From assembly GCF_009914755.1 (NCBI RefSeq), contig NC_060941.1: a stretch of 64,000 bases of DNA; one strand, 5' to 3'. Every line of letters begins with the position of its first letter. Position 1 is the first letter of the stretch. Below, piece after piece: positions 53,001 through 64,000 of this stretch. The position numbers were made by a program, and so were the translations under genes. The notes beneath the pieces were generated by a model. It had not been told where the DNA came from. It was given only the letters and a program-made list of their open reading frames with translations, and searched no databases. Source of the stretch: the human T2T-CHM13v2.0 reference genome, Homo sapiens.

Positions 53001-56000
53001 ATATGTGGTCCTCTTTGAAGATGTCTTTGGAAACGGGAATATCTTCACATTAAAACTAAACAGAAGCATTCTCAGAAACTTCTCTGTGATGTTTGTGTTC
53101 AACTCACAGAGTTTCACGTTGCTTTTCATAGAGCAGATGCGAAACATGCTTTTCGTAGGGTCTGCAAGTGGACATTTGGAGAGCTTTCAGGCCTGTGGTG
53201 GAAAACGAATTATCGTCACGTAAAAACTAGAGAGAAGCATTGTCAGAAACTTGTTTGTGATGACTGCATTCAACTCACAGAGTTGAAGGTTGCTTTTCAA
53301 ACAGCAGTTTCCAAACACTCTTTCTGTGGCATCTGCAAGTGGATGTTTGGGCCTCTTTGAAGATTTCGTTGGAAACGGGATAATCTTCACAGAAAAGCTA
53401 AACAGAAGCATTCTCAGAAACTTCTTTGTGATGTTTGCTTTCAACTCACAGAGTTGAACTTTCCTTTTGAGAGAGAAGCTTTGAAACACTCTTTTTCTAG
53501 AATCTGCAAGTGGATATTTGGAGGGCTTTGAGGCCTGAGGTGGAAAAGGAATTATCTTCCCGTAAGAACTAGATAGATGCATTCTCAGAAACTACTTTGT
53601 GACGATTGCATTCAAGTCACAGAGGTGAACATTCCCTTTCAGAGAGCACTTTGGAAACTCTCGTTGTGTAGAATCTGCAAGTGGAGATATGGACCGCTTT
53701 GAGGCCTATGGTAGTAAAGGAAACAGCTTCATATAAAAACTAGACAGCAGCATTCTCAGAAAACTCTTTGTGACGACTGAGTTTAACTCACAGGGCTGAA
53801 CATTCCTTTGGATGGAGCAGTTTGGAAACACACTATCTGTAGGATCTGCAAGCGGATACTTGGGCCTCTCTGAGGATTGCGTTGGAAACGGGATAAACCG
53901 CACAGAACTAAACAGAAGCATTCTCAGAACCTTCTTCGTGATGTTTGCATTCAACCCACAGTGTTGAACCTTTCTTTGATAGTTCAGGTTTGAAACACTC
54001 TTTTTGTAGAAACTGCAAGTGGATAACTGCACTTCTTTGAGGCCTATCATAGTAAAGGAAATAACTTCCTGTAAAAACAAGACAGAAGCTTTCTCAGAAA
54101 ATTCTCTGGGATGATTGACCTGAACTCACAGAGCAGTACTTTCCTTGGGATGGAGTAGTTTCGAAACACACTTTCTGTAGAATCTGCAAGTGGATATTTG
54201 GACCTGTCTGAGGAATTCGTTGCAAACGGGATAATTTCAGCTAAGTAAACAGAAGCAGTCTCAGAATCTTCTTGTGATGTTTGCATTCAAATCCCAGAAT
54301 TGAACCTTCCTTTGAAAGTTCAGGTTGGAAACACTCTTTTTGCAGGATCTACAAGTGGATATTCGGACCACTCTGTGGACTTCGTTCGAAACGGGTATAT
54401 CTTCACATAACATCTAGACAGAAGCATTCTCAGAAACTTTTCTGTGATGACTGCATTCAACTCACAGAGTTGAACACTCCTTTTGAGAGCGCAGTTTTGA
54501 AACTCTCTTTCTCTGGAATCTGCAAGGGGACATGCAGACCTCTTTGAAGGTTTCGTTGGAAACGGAATCATCTTCACATAAAAATTACACAGAAGCATTC
54601 TCAGGAACTCCTTGGTGATGTTTGTATTCAACTTCCAGAGTTGAACTTTCCTTCGGAAAGAGCAGCTATGAAACACTCTTTTTCTAGAATCTGCAAGTGG
54701 ACATTGGGAGGGCTGTGAGGTTTGTGGTGGAAAAGGAAATATCTCCACATAAATACTAGATAGAAGCCTTCTCAGAAACTACTTTGTGATGATTGCATTC
54801 ACCTCACGGAGTGGAGCATTCCTATTGACAGAGCAGTTTGGATACACTCTTCTTGTAGAATCGGCTAGCGGAGATTTGGAGCGCTTTGAGGCCTATGGTA
54901 GTAAAGGGAAGAGCTTCACATAAAATCTAGACAGAAGCATTCTCAGAAAATACTTTGTGATGATTGAGTTTAACACACAGAGCTGCACATTCCTTTGGAT
55001 GGAGAAGGTTTGAAACACACTTTCTGTAGAATCTGCGAGTGGATATTTGGACCTCTCTGAGGATTTCGTTGGAAACGGGATAACTGCACCTAACTAAACG
55101 GAAGCATTCTCACAAAATTCTTTGTGATGTTTGCATTCAAATCCCAGAGTTGAACCTTCCTTTGATAGTTCAGCTTTGAAACACTCTTTTTGTAGGATCT
55201 GCAAGTGGATATTTGGACCACTCTTTGGCCTTCGTTCGAAACGGGTACATATTCAAATAAAATCTAGACAGAAGCCTTCTCAGAAACTTCTCTGTGACGA
55301 TTGCATTCAACTCAAAGCGTTGAACCCTCCTATGGATAGAGCAGTTTTGAATCTCTCTTTTTGTGGAATCTGCAAGTGGATATGTGGTCCTCTTTGAAGA
55401 TGTCTTTGGAAACGGGAATATCTTCACATTAAAACTAAACAGAAGCATTCTCAGAAACTTCTCTGTGATGTTTGTGTTCAACTCACAGAGTTTCACGTTG
55501 CTTTTCATAGAGCAGATGAGAAACATGCTTTTCGTAGGGTCTGCAAGTGGACATTTGGAGAGCTTTCAGGCCTGTGGTGGAAAACGAATTATCGTCACGT
55601 AAAAACTAGAGAGAAGCATTGTCAGAAACTTGTTTGTGATGACTGCATTCAACTCACAGAGTTGAAGGTTCCTTTTCAAACAGCAGTTTCCAAACACTCT
55701 TTCTGTGGCATCTGCAAGTGGATGTTTGGGCCTCTTTGAAGATTTCATTGGAAACGGGATAATCTTCACAGAAAAGCTAAACAGAAGCATTCTCAGAAAC
55801 TTCTTTGTGATGTTTGCTTTCAACTCACAGAGTTGAACTTTCCTTTTGAGAGAGAAGCTTTGAAACACTCTTTTTCTAGAATCTGCAAGTGGATATTTGG
55901 AGGGCTTTGAGGCCTGAGGTGGAAAAGGAATTATCTTCCCGTAAGAACTAGATAGATGCATTCTCAGAAACTACTTTGTGACGATTGCATTCAAGTCACA

Positions 56001-59000
56001 GAGGTGAACATTCCCTTTCAGAGAGCACTTTGGAAACTCTCGTTGTGTAGAATCTGCAAGTGGAGATATGGACCGCTTTGAGGCCTATGGTAGTAAAGGA
56101 AACAGCTTCATATAAAAACTAGACAGCAGCATTCTCAGAAAACTCTTTGTGACGACTGAGTTTAACTCACAGGGCTGAACATTCCTTTGGATGGAGCAGT
56201 TTGGAAACACACTATCTGTAGGATCTGCAAGCGGATACTTGGGCCTCTCTGAGGATTGCGTTGGAAACGGGATAAACCGCAAAGAACGAAACAGAAGCAT
56301 TCTCAGAACCTTCTTCGTGATGTTTGCATTCAACCCACAGTGTTGAACCTTTCTTTGATAGTTCAGGTTTGAAACACTCTTTTTGTAGAAACTGCAAGTG
56401 GATAACTGCACTTCTTTGAGGCCTATCGTAGTAAAGGAAATAACTTCCTATAAAAACAAGACAGAAGCTTTCTCAGAAAATTCTCTGGGATGATTGACTT
56501 GAACTCACAGAGCACTACTTTCCTTGGGATGGAGTAGTTTCGAAACACACTTTCTGTAGAATCTGCAAGTGGATATTTGGACCTGTCTGAGGAATTCGTT
56601 GCAAACGGGATAATTTCAGCTAAGTAAACAGAAGCAGTCTCAGAATCTTCTTGTGATGTTTGCATTCAAATCCCAGAATTGAACCTTCCTTTGAAAGTTC
56701 AGGTTGGAAACACTCTTTTTGCAGGATCTACAAGTGGATATTCGGACCACTCTGTGGACTTCGTTCGAAACGGGTATATCTTCACATAACATCTAGACAG
56801 AAGCATTCTCAGAAACTTTTCTGTGATGACTGCATTCAACTCACAGAGTTGAACACTCCTTTTGAGAGCGCAGTTTTGAAACTCCCTTTCTCTGGAATCT
56901 GCAAGGGGACATGCAGACCTCTTTGAAGGTTTCGTTGGAAACGGAATCATCTTCACATAAAAATTACACAGAAGCATTCTCAGGAACTCCTTGGTGATGT
57001 TTGTATTCAACTTCCAGAGTTGAACTTTCCTTCGGAAAGAGCAGCTATGAAACACTCTTTTTCTAGAATCTGCAAGTGGACATTGGGAGGGCTGTGAGGT
57101 TTGTGGTGGAAAAGGAAATATCTCCACATAAATACTAGATAGAAGCCTTCTCAGAAACTACTTTGTGATGATTGCATTCACCTCACGGAGTGGAGCATTC
57201 CTATTGACAGAGCAGTTTGGATACACTCTTCTTGTAGAATCGGCTAGCGGAGATTTGGAGCGCTTTGAGGCCTATGGTAGTAAAGGGAAGAGCTTCACAT
57301 AAAATCTAGACAGAAGCATTCTCAGAAAATACTTTGTGATGATTGAGTTTAACACACAGAGCTGAACATTCCTTTGGATGGAGAAGGTTTGAAACACACT
57401 TTCTGTAGAATCTGCGAGTGGATATTTGGACCTCTCTGAGGATTTCGTTGGAAACGGGATAACTGCACCTAACTAAACGGAAGCATTCTCACAAAATTCT
57501 TTGTGATGTTTGCATTCAAATCCCAGAGTTGAACCTTCCTTTGATAGTTCAGCTTTGAAACACTCTTTTTGTAGGATCTGCAAGTGGATATTTGGACCAC
57601 TCTTTGGCCTTCGTTCGAAACGGGTACATATTCAAATAAAATCTAGACAGAAGCCTTCTCAGAAACTTCTCTGTGACGATTGCATTCAACGCAAAGCGTT
57701 GAACCCTCCTATGGATAGAGCAGTTTTGAATCTCTCTTTTTGTGGAATCTGCAAGTGGATATGTGGTCCTCTTTGAAGATGTCTTTGGAAACGGGAATAT
57801 CTTCACATTAAAACTAAACAGAAGCATTCTCAGAAACTTCTCTGTGATGTTTGTGTTCAACTCACAGAGTTTCACGTTGCTTTTCATAGAGCAGATGAGA
57901 AACATGCTTTTCGTAGGGTCTGCAAGTGGACATTTGGAGAGCTTTCAGGCCTGTGGTGGAAAACGAATTATCGTCACGTAAAAACTAGAGAGAAGCATTG
58001 TCAGAAACTTGTTTGTGATGACTGCATTCAACTCACAGAGTTGAAGGTCCCTTTTCAAACAGCAGTTTCCAAACACTCTTTCTGTGGCATCTGCAAGTGG
58101 ATGTTTGGGCCTCTTTGAAGATTTCGTTGGAAACGGGATAATCTTCACAGAAAAGCTAAACAGAAGCATTCTCAGAAACTTCTTTGTGATGTTTGCTTTC
58201 AACTCACAGAGTTGAACTTTCCTTTTGAGAGAGAAGCTTTGAAACACTCTTTTTCTAGAATCTGCAAGTGGATATTTGGAGGGCTTTGAGGCCTGAGGTG
58301 GAAAAGGAATTATCTTCCCGTAAGAACTAGATAGATGCATTCTCAGAAACTACTTTGTGACGATTGCATTCAAGTCACAGAGGTGAACATTCCCTTTCAG
58401 AGAGCACTTTGGAAACTCTCGTTGTGTAGAATCTGCAAGTGGAGATATGGACTGCTTTGAGGCCTATGGTAGTAAAGGAAACAGCTTCATATAAAAACTA
58501 GACAGCAGCATTCTCAGAAAACTCTTTGTGACGACTGAGTTTAACTCACAGGGCTGAACATTCCTTTGGATGGAGCAGTTTGGAAACACACTATCTGTAG
58601 GATCTGCAAGCGGATACTTGGGCCTCTCTGAGGATTGCGTTGGAAACGGGATAAACCGCACAGAACGAAACAGAAGCATTCTCAGAACCTTCTTCGTGAT
58701 GTTTGCATTCAACCCACAGTGTTGAACCTTTCTTTGATAGTTCAGGTTTGAAACACTCTTTTTGTAGAAACTGCAAGTGGATAACTGCACTTCTTTGTGG
58801 CCTATCGTAGTAAAGGAAATAACTTCCTATAAAAACAAGACAGAAGCTTTCTCAGAAAATTCTCTGGGATGATTGAGTAGAACTCACAGAGCACTACTTT
58901 CCTTGGGATGGAGTAGTTTCGAAACACACTTTCTGTAGAATCTGCAAGTGGATATTTGGACCTGTCTGAGGAATTCGTTGCAAACGGGATAATTTCAGCT

Positions 59001-62000
59001 AAGTAAACAGAAGCAGTCTCAGAATCTTCTTGTGATGTTTGCATTCAAATCCCAGAATTGAACCTTCCTTTGAAAGTTCAGGTTGGAAACACTCTTTTTG
59101 CAGGATCTACAAGTGGATATTCGGACCAATCTGTGGACTTTGTTCGAAACGGGTATATCTTCACATAACATCTAGACAGAAGCATTCTCAGAAACTTTTC
59201 TGTGATGACTGCATTCAACTCACAGAGTTGAACACTCCTTTTGAGAGCGCAGTTTTGAAACTCTCTTTCTCTGGAATCTGCAAGGGGACATGCAGACCTC
59301 TTTGAAGGTTTCGTTGGAAACAGAATCATCTTCACATAAAAATTACACAGAAGCATTCTCAGGAACTCCTTGGTGATGTTTGTATTCAACTTCCAGAGTT
59401 GAACTTTCCTTCGGAAAGAGCAGCTATGAAACACTCTTTTTCTAGAATCTGCAAGTGGACATTGGGAGGGCTGTGAGGTTTGTGGTGGAAAAGGAAATAT
59501 CTCCACATAAATACTAGATAGAAGCCTTCTCAGAAACTACTTTGTGATGATTGCATTCACCTCACGGAGTGGAGCATTCCTATTGACAGAGCAGTTTGGA
59601 AACACTCTTCTCGTAGAATCGGCTAGTGGAGATTTGGAGCGCTTTGAGGCCTATGGTAGTAAAGGGAAGAGCTTCACATAAAATCTAGACAGACGCATTC
59701 TCAGAAAATACTTTGTGATGATTGAGTTTAACACACAGAGCTGAACATTCCTTTGGATGGAGAAGGTTTGAAACACACTTTCTGTAGAATCTGCGAGTGG
59801 ATATTTGGACCTCTCTGAGGATTTCGTTGGAAATGGGATAACTGCACCTAACTAAACGGAAGCATTCTCACAAAATTCTTTGTGATGTTTGCATTCAAAT
59901 CCCAGAGTTGAACCTTCCTTTGATAGTTCAGCTTTGAAACATTCTTTTTGTAGGTTCTGCAAGTGGATATTTGGACGACTCTTTGGCCTTCGTTCGAAAC
60001 GGGTACATCTTCAAATGAAAACTAGACAGAAGCCTTCTCAGAAACTTCTCTGTGACGATTGCATTCAACTCAAAGAGTTGAACCCTCCTATGGATAGAGC
60101 AGTTTTGAATCTCTCTTTTTGTGGAATCTGCAAGTGGATATGTGGTCCTCTTTGAAGATGTCTTTGGAAACGGGAATATCTTCACATTAAAACTAAACAG
60201 AAGCATTCTCAGAAACTTCTCTGTGATGTTTGTGTTCAACTCACAGAGTTTCACGTTGCTTTTCATAGAGCAGATGAGAAACATGCTTTTCGTAGGGTCT
60301 GCAAGTGGACATTTGGAGAACTTTCAGGCCTGTGGTGGAAAACGAATTATCGTCACGTAAAAACTAGAGAGAAGCATTGTCAGAAACTTGTTTGTGATGA
60401 CTGCATTCAACTCACAGAGTTGAAGGTTCCTTTTCAAACAGCAGTTTCCAAACACTCTTTCTGTGGCATCTGCAGTGGATGTTTGGGCCTCTTTGAAGAT
60501 TTCGTTGGAAACGGGATAATCTTCACAGAAAAGCTAAACAGAAGCATTCTCAGAAACTTCTTTGTGATGTTTGCTTTCAACTCACAGAGTTGAACTTTCC
60601 TTTTGAGAGAGAAGCTTTGAAACACTCTTTTCCTAGAATCTGCAAGTGGATATTTGGAGGGCTTTGAGGCCTGAGGTGGAAAAGGAATTATCTTCCCGTA
60701 AGAACTAGGTAGATGCATTCTCAGAAACTACTTTGTGACGATTGCATTCAAGTCACAGAGGTGAACATTCCCTTTCAGAGAGCACTTTGGAAACTCTCGT
60801 TGTGTAGAATCTGCAAGTGGAGATATGGACTGCTTTGAGGCCTATGGTAGTAAAGGAAACAGCTTCATATAAAAACTAGACAGCAGCATTCTCAGAAAAC
60901 TCTTTGTGACGACTGAGTTTAACTCACAGGGCTGAACATTCCTTTGGATGGAGCAGTTTGGAAACACACTATCTGTAGGATCTGCAAGCGGATACTTGGG
61001 CCTCTCTGAGGATTGCGTTGGAAACGGGATAAACCGCACAGAACGAAACAGAAGCATTCTCAGAACCTTCTTCGTGATGTTTGCATTCAACCCACAGTGT
61101 TGAACCTTTCTTTGATAGTTCAGGTTTGAAACACTCTTTTTGTAGAAACTGCAAGTGGATAACTGCACTTCTTTGTGGCCTATCGTAGTAAAGGAAATAA
61201 CTTCCTATAAAAACAAGACAGAAGCTTTCTCAGAAAATTCTCTGGGATGATTGAGTAGAACTCACAGAGCACTACTTTCCTTGGGATGGAGTAGTTTCGA
61301 AACACACTTTCTGTAGAATCTGCAAGTGGATATTTGGACCTGTCTGAGGAATTCGTTGCAAACGGGATAATTTCAGCTAAGTAAACAGAAGCAGTCTCAG
61401 AATCTTCTTGTGATGTTTGCATTCAAATCCCAGAATTGAACCTTCCTTTGAAAGTTCAGGTTGGAAACACTCTTTTTGCAGGATCTACAAGTGGATATTC
61501 GGACCAATCTGTGGACTTTGTTCGAAACGGGTATATCTTCACATAACATCTAGACAGAAGCATTCTCAGAAACTTTTCTGTGATGACTGCATTCAACTCA
61601 CAGAGTTGAACACTCCTTTTGAGAGCGCAGTTTTGAAACTCTCTTTCTCTGGAATCTGCAAGGGGACATGCAGACCTCTTTGAAGGTTTCGTTGGAAACA
61701 GAATCATCTTCACATAAAAATTACACAGAAGCATTCTCAGGAACTCCTTGCTGATGTTTGTATTCAACTTCCAGAGTTGAACTTTCCTTCGGAAAGAGCA
61801 GCTATGAAACACTCTTTTTCTAGAATCTGCAAGTGGACATTGGGAGGGCTGTGAGGTTTGTGGTGGAAAAGGAAATATCTCCACATAAATACTAGATAGA
61901 AGCCTTCTCAGAAACTACTTTGTGATGATTGCATTCACCTCACGGAGTGGAGCATTCCTATTGACAGAGCAGTTTGGAAACACTCTTCTCGTAGAATCGG

Positions 62001-64000
62001 CTAGTGGAGATTTGGAGCGCTTTGAGGCCTATGGTAGTAAAGGGAAGAGCTTCACATAAAATCTAGACAGACGCATTCTCAGAAAATACTTTGTGATGAT
62101 TGAGTTTAACACACAGAGCTGAACATTCCTTTGGATGGAGAAGGTTTGAAACACACTTTCTGTAGAATCTGCGAGTGGATATTTGGACCTCTCTGAGGAT
62201 TTCGTTGGAAACGGGATAACTGCACCTAACTAAACGGAAGCATTCTCACAAAATTCTTTGTGATGTTTGCATTCAAATCCCAGAGTTGAACCTTCCTTTG
62301 ATAGTTCAGCTTTGAAACATTCTTTTTGTAGGTTCTGCAAGTGGATATTTGGACGACTCTTTGGCCTTCGTTCGAAACGGGTACATCTTCAAATGAAAAC
62401 TAGACAGAAGCCTTCTCAGAAACTTCTCTGTGACGATTGCATTCAACTCAAAGAGTTGAACCCTCCTATGGATAGAGCAGTTTTGAATCTCTCTTTTTGT
62501 GGAATCTGCAAGTGGATATGTGGTCCTCTTTGAAGATGTCTTTGGAAACGGGAATATTTTCACATTAAAACTAAACAGAAGCATTCTCAGAAACTTCTCT
62601 GTGATGTTTGTGTTCAACTCACAGAGTTTCACGTTGCTTTTCATAGAGCAGATGAGAAACATGCTTTTCGTAGGGTCTGCAAGTGGACATTTGGAGAACT
62701 TTCAGGCCTGTGGTGGAAAACGAATTATCGTCACGTAAAAACTAGAGAGAAGCATTGTCAGAAACTTGTTTGTGATGACTGCATTCAACTCACAGAGTTG
62801 AAGGTTCCTTTTCAAACAGCAGTTTCCAAACACTCTTTCTGTGGCATCTGCAGTGGATGTTTGGGCCTCTTTGAAGATTTCGTTGGAAACGGGATAATCT
62901 TCACAGAAAAGCTAAACAGAAGCATTCTCAGAAACTTCTTTGTGATGTTTGCTTTCAACTCACAGAGTTGAACTTTCCTTTTGAGAGAGAAGCTTTGAAA
63001 CACTCTTTTTCTAGAATCTGCAAGTGGATATTTGGAGGGCTTTGAGGCCTGAGGTGGAAAAGGAATTATCTTCCCGTAAGAACTAGGTAGATGCATTCTC
63101 AGAAACTACTTTGTGACGATTGCATTCAAGTCACAGAGGTGAACATTCCCTTTCAGAGAGCACTTTGGAAACTCTCGTTGTGTAGAATCTGCAAGTGGAG
63201 ATATGGACCGCTTTGAGGCCTATGGTAGTAAAGGAAACAGCTTCATATAAAAACTAGACAGCAGCATTCTCAGAAAACTCTTTGTGACGACTGAGTTTAA
63301 CTCACAGGGCTGAACATTCCTTTGGATGGAGCAGTTTGGAAACACACTATCTGTAGGATCTGCAAGCGGATACTTGGGCCTCTCTGAGGATTGCGTTGGA
63401 AACGGGATAAACCGCACAGAACGAAACAGAAGCATTCTCAGAACCTTCTTCGTGATGTTTGCATTCAACCCACAGTGTTGAACCTTTCTTTGATAGTTCA
63501 GGTTTGAAACACTCTTTTTGTAGAAACTGCAAGTGGATAACTGCACTTCTTTGAGGCCTATCGTAGTAAAGGAAATAACTTCCTATAAAAACAAGACAGA
63601 AGCTTTCTCAGAAAATTCTCTGGGATGATTGAGTAGAACTCACAGAGCACTACTTTCCTTGGGATGGAGTAGTTTCGAAACACACTTTCTGTAGAATCTG
63701 CAAGTGGATATTTGGACCTGTCTGAGGAATTCGTTGCAAACGGGATAATTTCAGCTAAGTAAACAGAAGCAGTCTCAGAATCTTCTTGTGATGTTTGCAT
63801 TCAAATCCCAGAATTGAACCTTCCTTTGAAAGTTCAGGTTGGAAACACTCTTTTTGCAGGATCTACAAGTGGATATTCGGACCACTCTGTGGACTTTGTT
63901 CGAAACGGGTATATCTTCACATAACATCTAGACAGAAGCATTCTCAGAAACTTTTCTGTGATGACTGCATTCAACTCACAGAGTTGAACACTCCTTTTGA
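26093..64000 (+). repeat. Right HOR haplotype block (H12-H27)
   Basis: m9 box TTGCG, m4 end CACATTAAAA, m6 GGGATAATC, m7 CCTGAGG and m10 TTTTTGTAG in H12-H27; m5 GAGAGCTTTC in most. Confidence 0.8.
33733..33758. other. Perfect 11-bp inverted repeat at a net 21-bp deletion/insertion in H15 monomer 3
   Basis: TCTTTGTGATG-TTTC-CATCACAAAGA; 27 bp present in sister copies are replaced by CACAAA. Confidence 0.92.

Larger units (their letters stand above)
1..64000 (+). repeat. Alpha satellite HOR array, 14-mer, 2379-bp period (SF3; chromosome 17 type, probably D17Z1-B / S3C17H1-B)
   Basis: Alphoid motifs (CATTCTCAGAAAC, TGTGATG, TTTGAAACAC, TCTGCAAGTGGA, CENP-B and pJalpha boxes) recur every 167-171 bp. 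Near-identical sequence recurs every 2379 bp. HOR starts (CCTTCTCA phase): 76, 2455, 4834, 7213, 9591, 11970, 14349, 16728, 19107, 21486, 23865, 26244, 28623, 31002, 33381, 35737, 38114, 40493, 42872, 45251, 47630, 50009, 52388, 54767, 57146, 59525, 61903. The alpha satellite and 14-mer calls are read directly from sequence. The chr17/D17Z1-B name is from recalled HOR size and structure (about 0.75 confidence). Confidence 0.98.

Noticed and set aside
440-63800. About 180 ORFs of 61-175 aa on both strands
   Set aside because: They recur with the HOR period and are translations of alphoid monomers (171 bp = 57 codons, so frames persist). They overlap antisense to each other, often rely on non-ATG starts, are freely broken by stops and frameshifts between copies, and resemble no protein family I recognise.
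1-64000. CRISPR-like repeat/spacer appearance
   Set aside because: The intervening sequences are homologous monomer parts rather than unique spacers, and there are no cas genes.
1-64000. Transposon insertion, inversion or monomer-number HOR variants
   Set aside because: HOR spacing is 2379 bp except for small indels (-1 in H4, -21 and -2 in H15, -2 in H16, -1 in H26 and H27). There is no poly-A tail, foreign sequence or strand switch.

Overview
The whole 64 kb is one uninterrupted, head-to-tail array of primate centromeric alpha satellite (~171-bp monomers, all on the + strand). It is organised as a 14-monomer higher-order repeat (HOR) of 2379 bp: a 75-bp leading fragment, 26 complete copies (H1-H26) and a truncated H27. 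The monomer order (W5 W1 W2 W3 W4 W3 W4 W5 W1 W2/W5-hybrid W1 W2 W3 W4) is suprachromosomal family 3. The size and structure best fit the human chromosome 17 14-mer arrays, most likely D17Z1-B; D17Z1-C or a 14-mer D17Z1 variant cannot be excluded by eye. I see no genes, transposons, inversions or monomer-number variants, and all listed ORFs are chance frames repeated with the HOR period. The interesting signal is in copy-to-copy variation: (1) a fold-back, self-templated insertion/deletion scar at ~33733-33758; (2) two HOR haplotype blocks meeting at ~25.7-26.1 kb; (3) stepwise loss of CENP-B boxes from 6 to 3-4 per HOR; (4) local 1-HOR and 2-HOR duplications; (5) hypervariable sites and mutation clusters. 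I found no new gene-encoded system. All variant calls were read by eye and need alignment to confirm.
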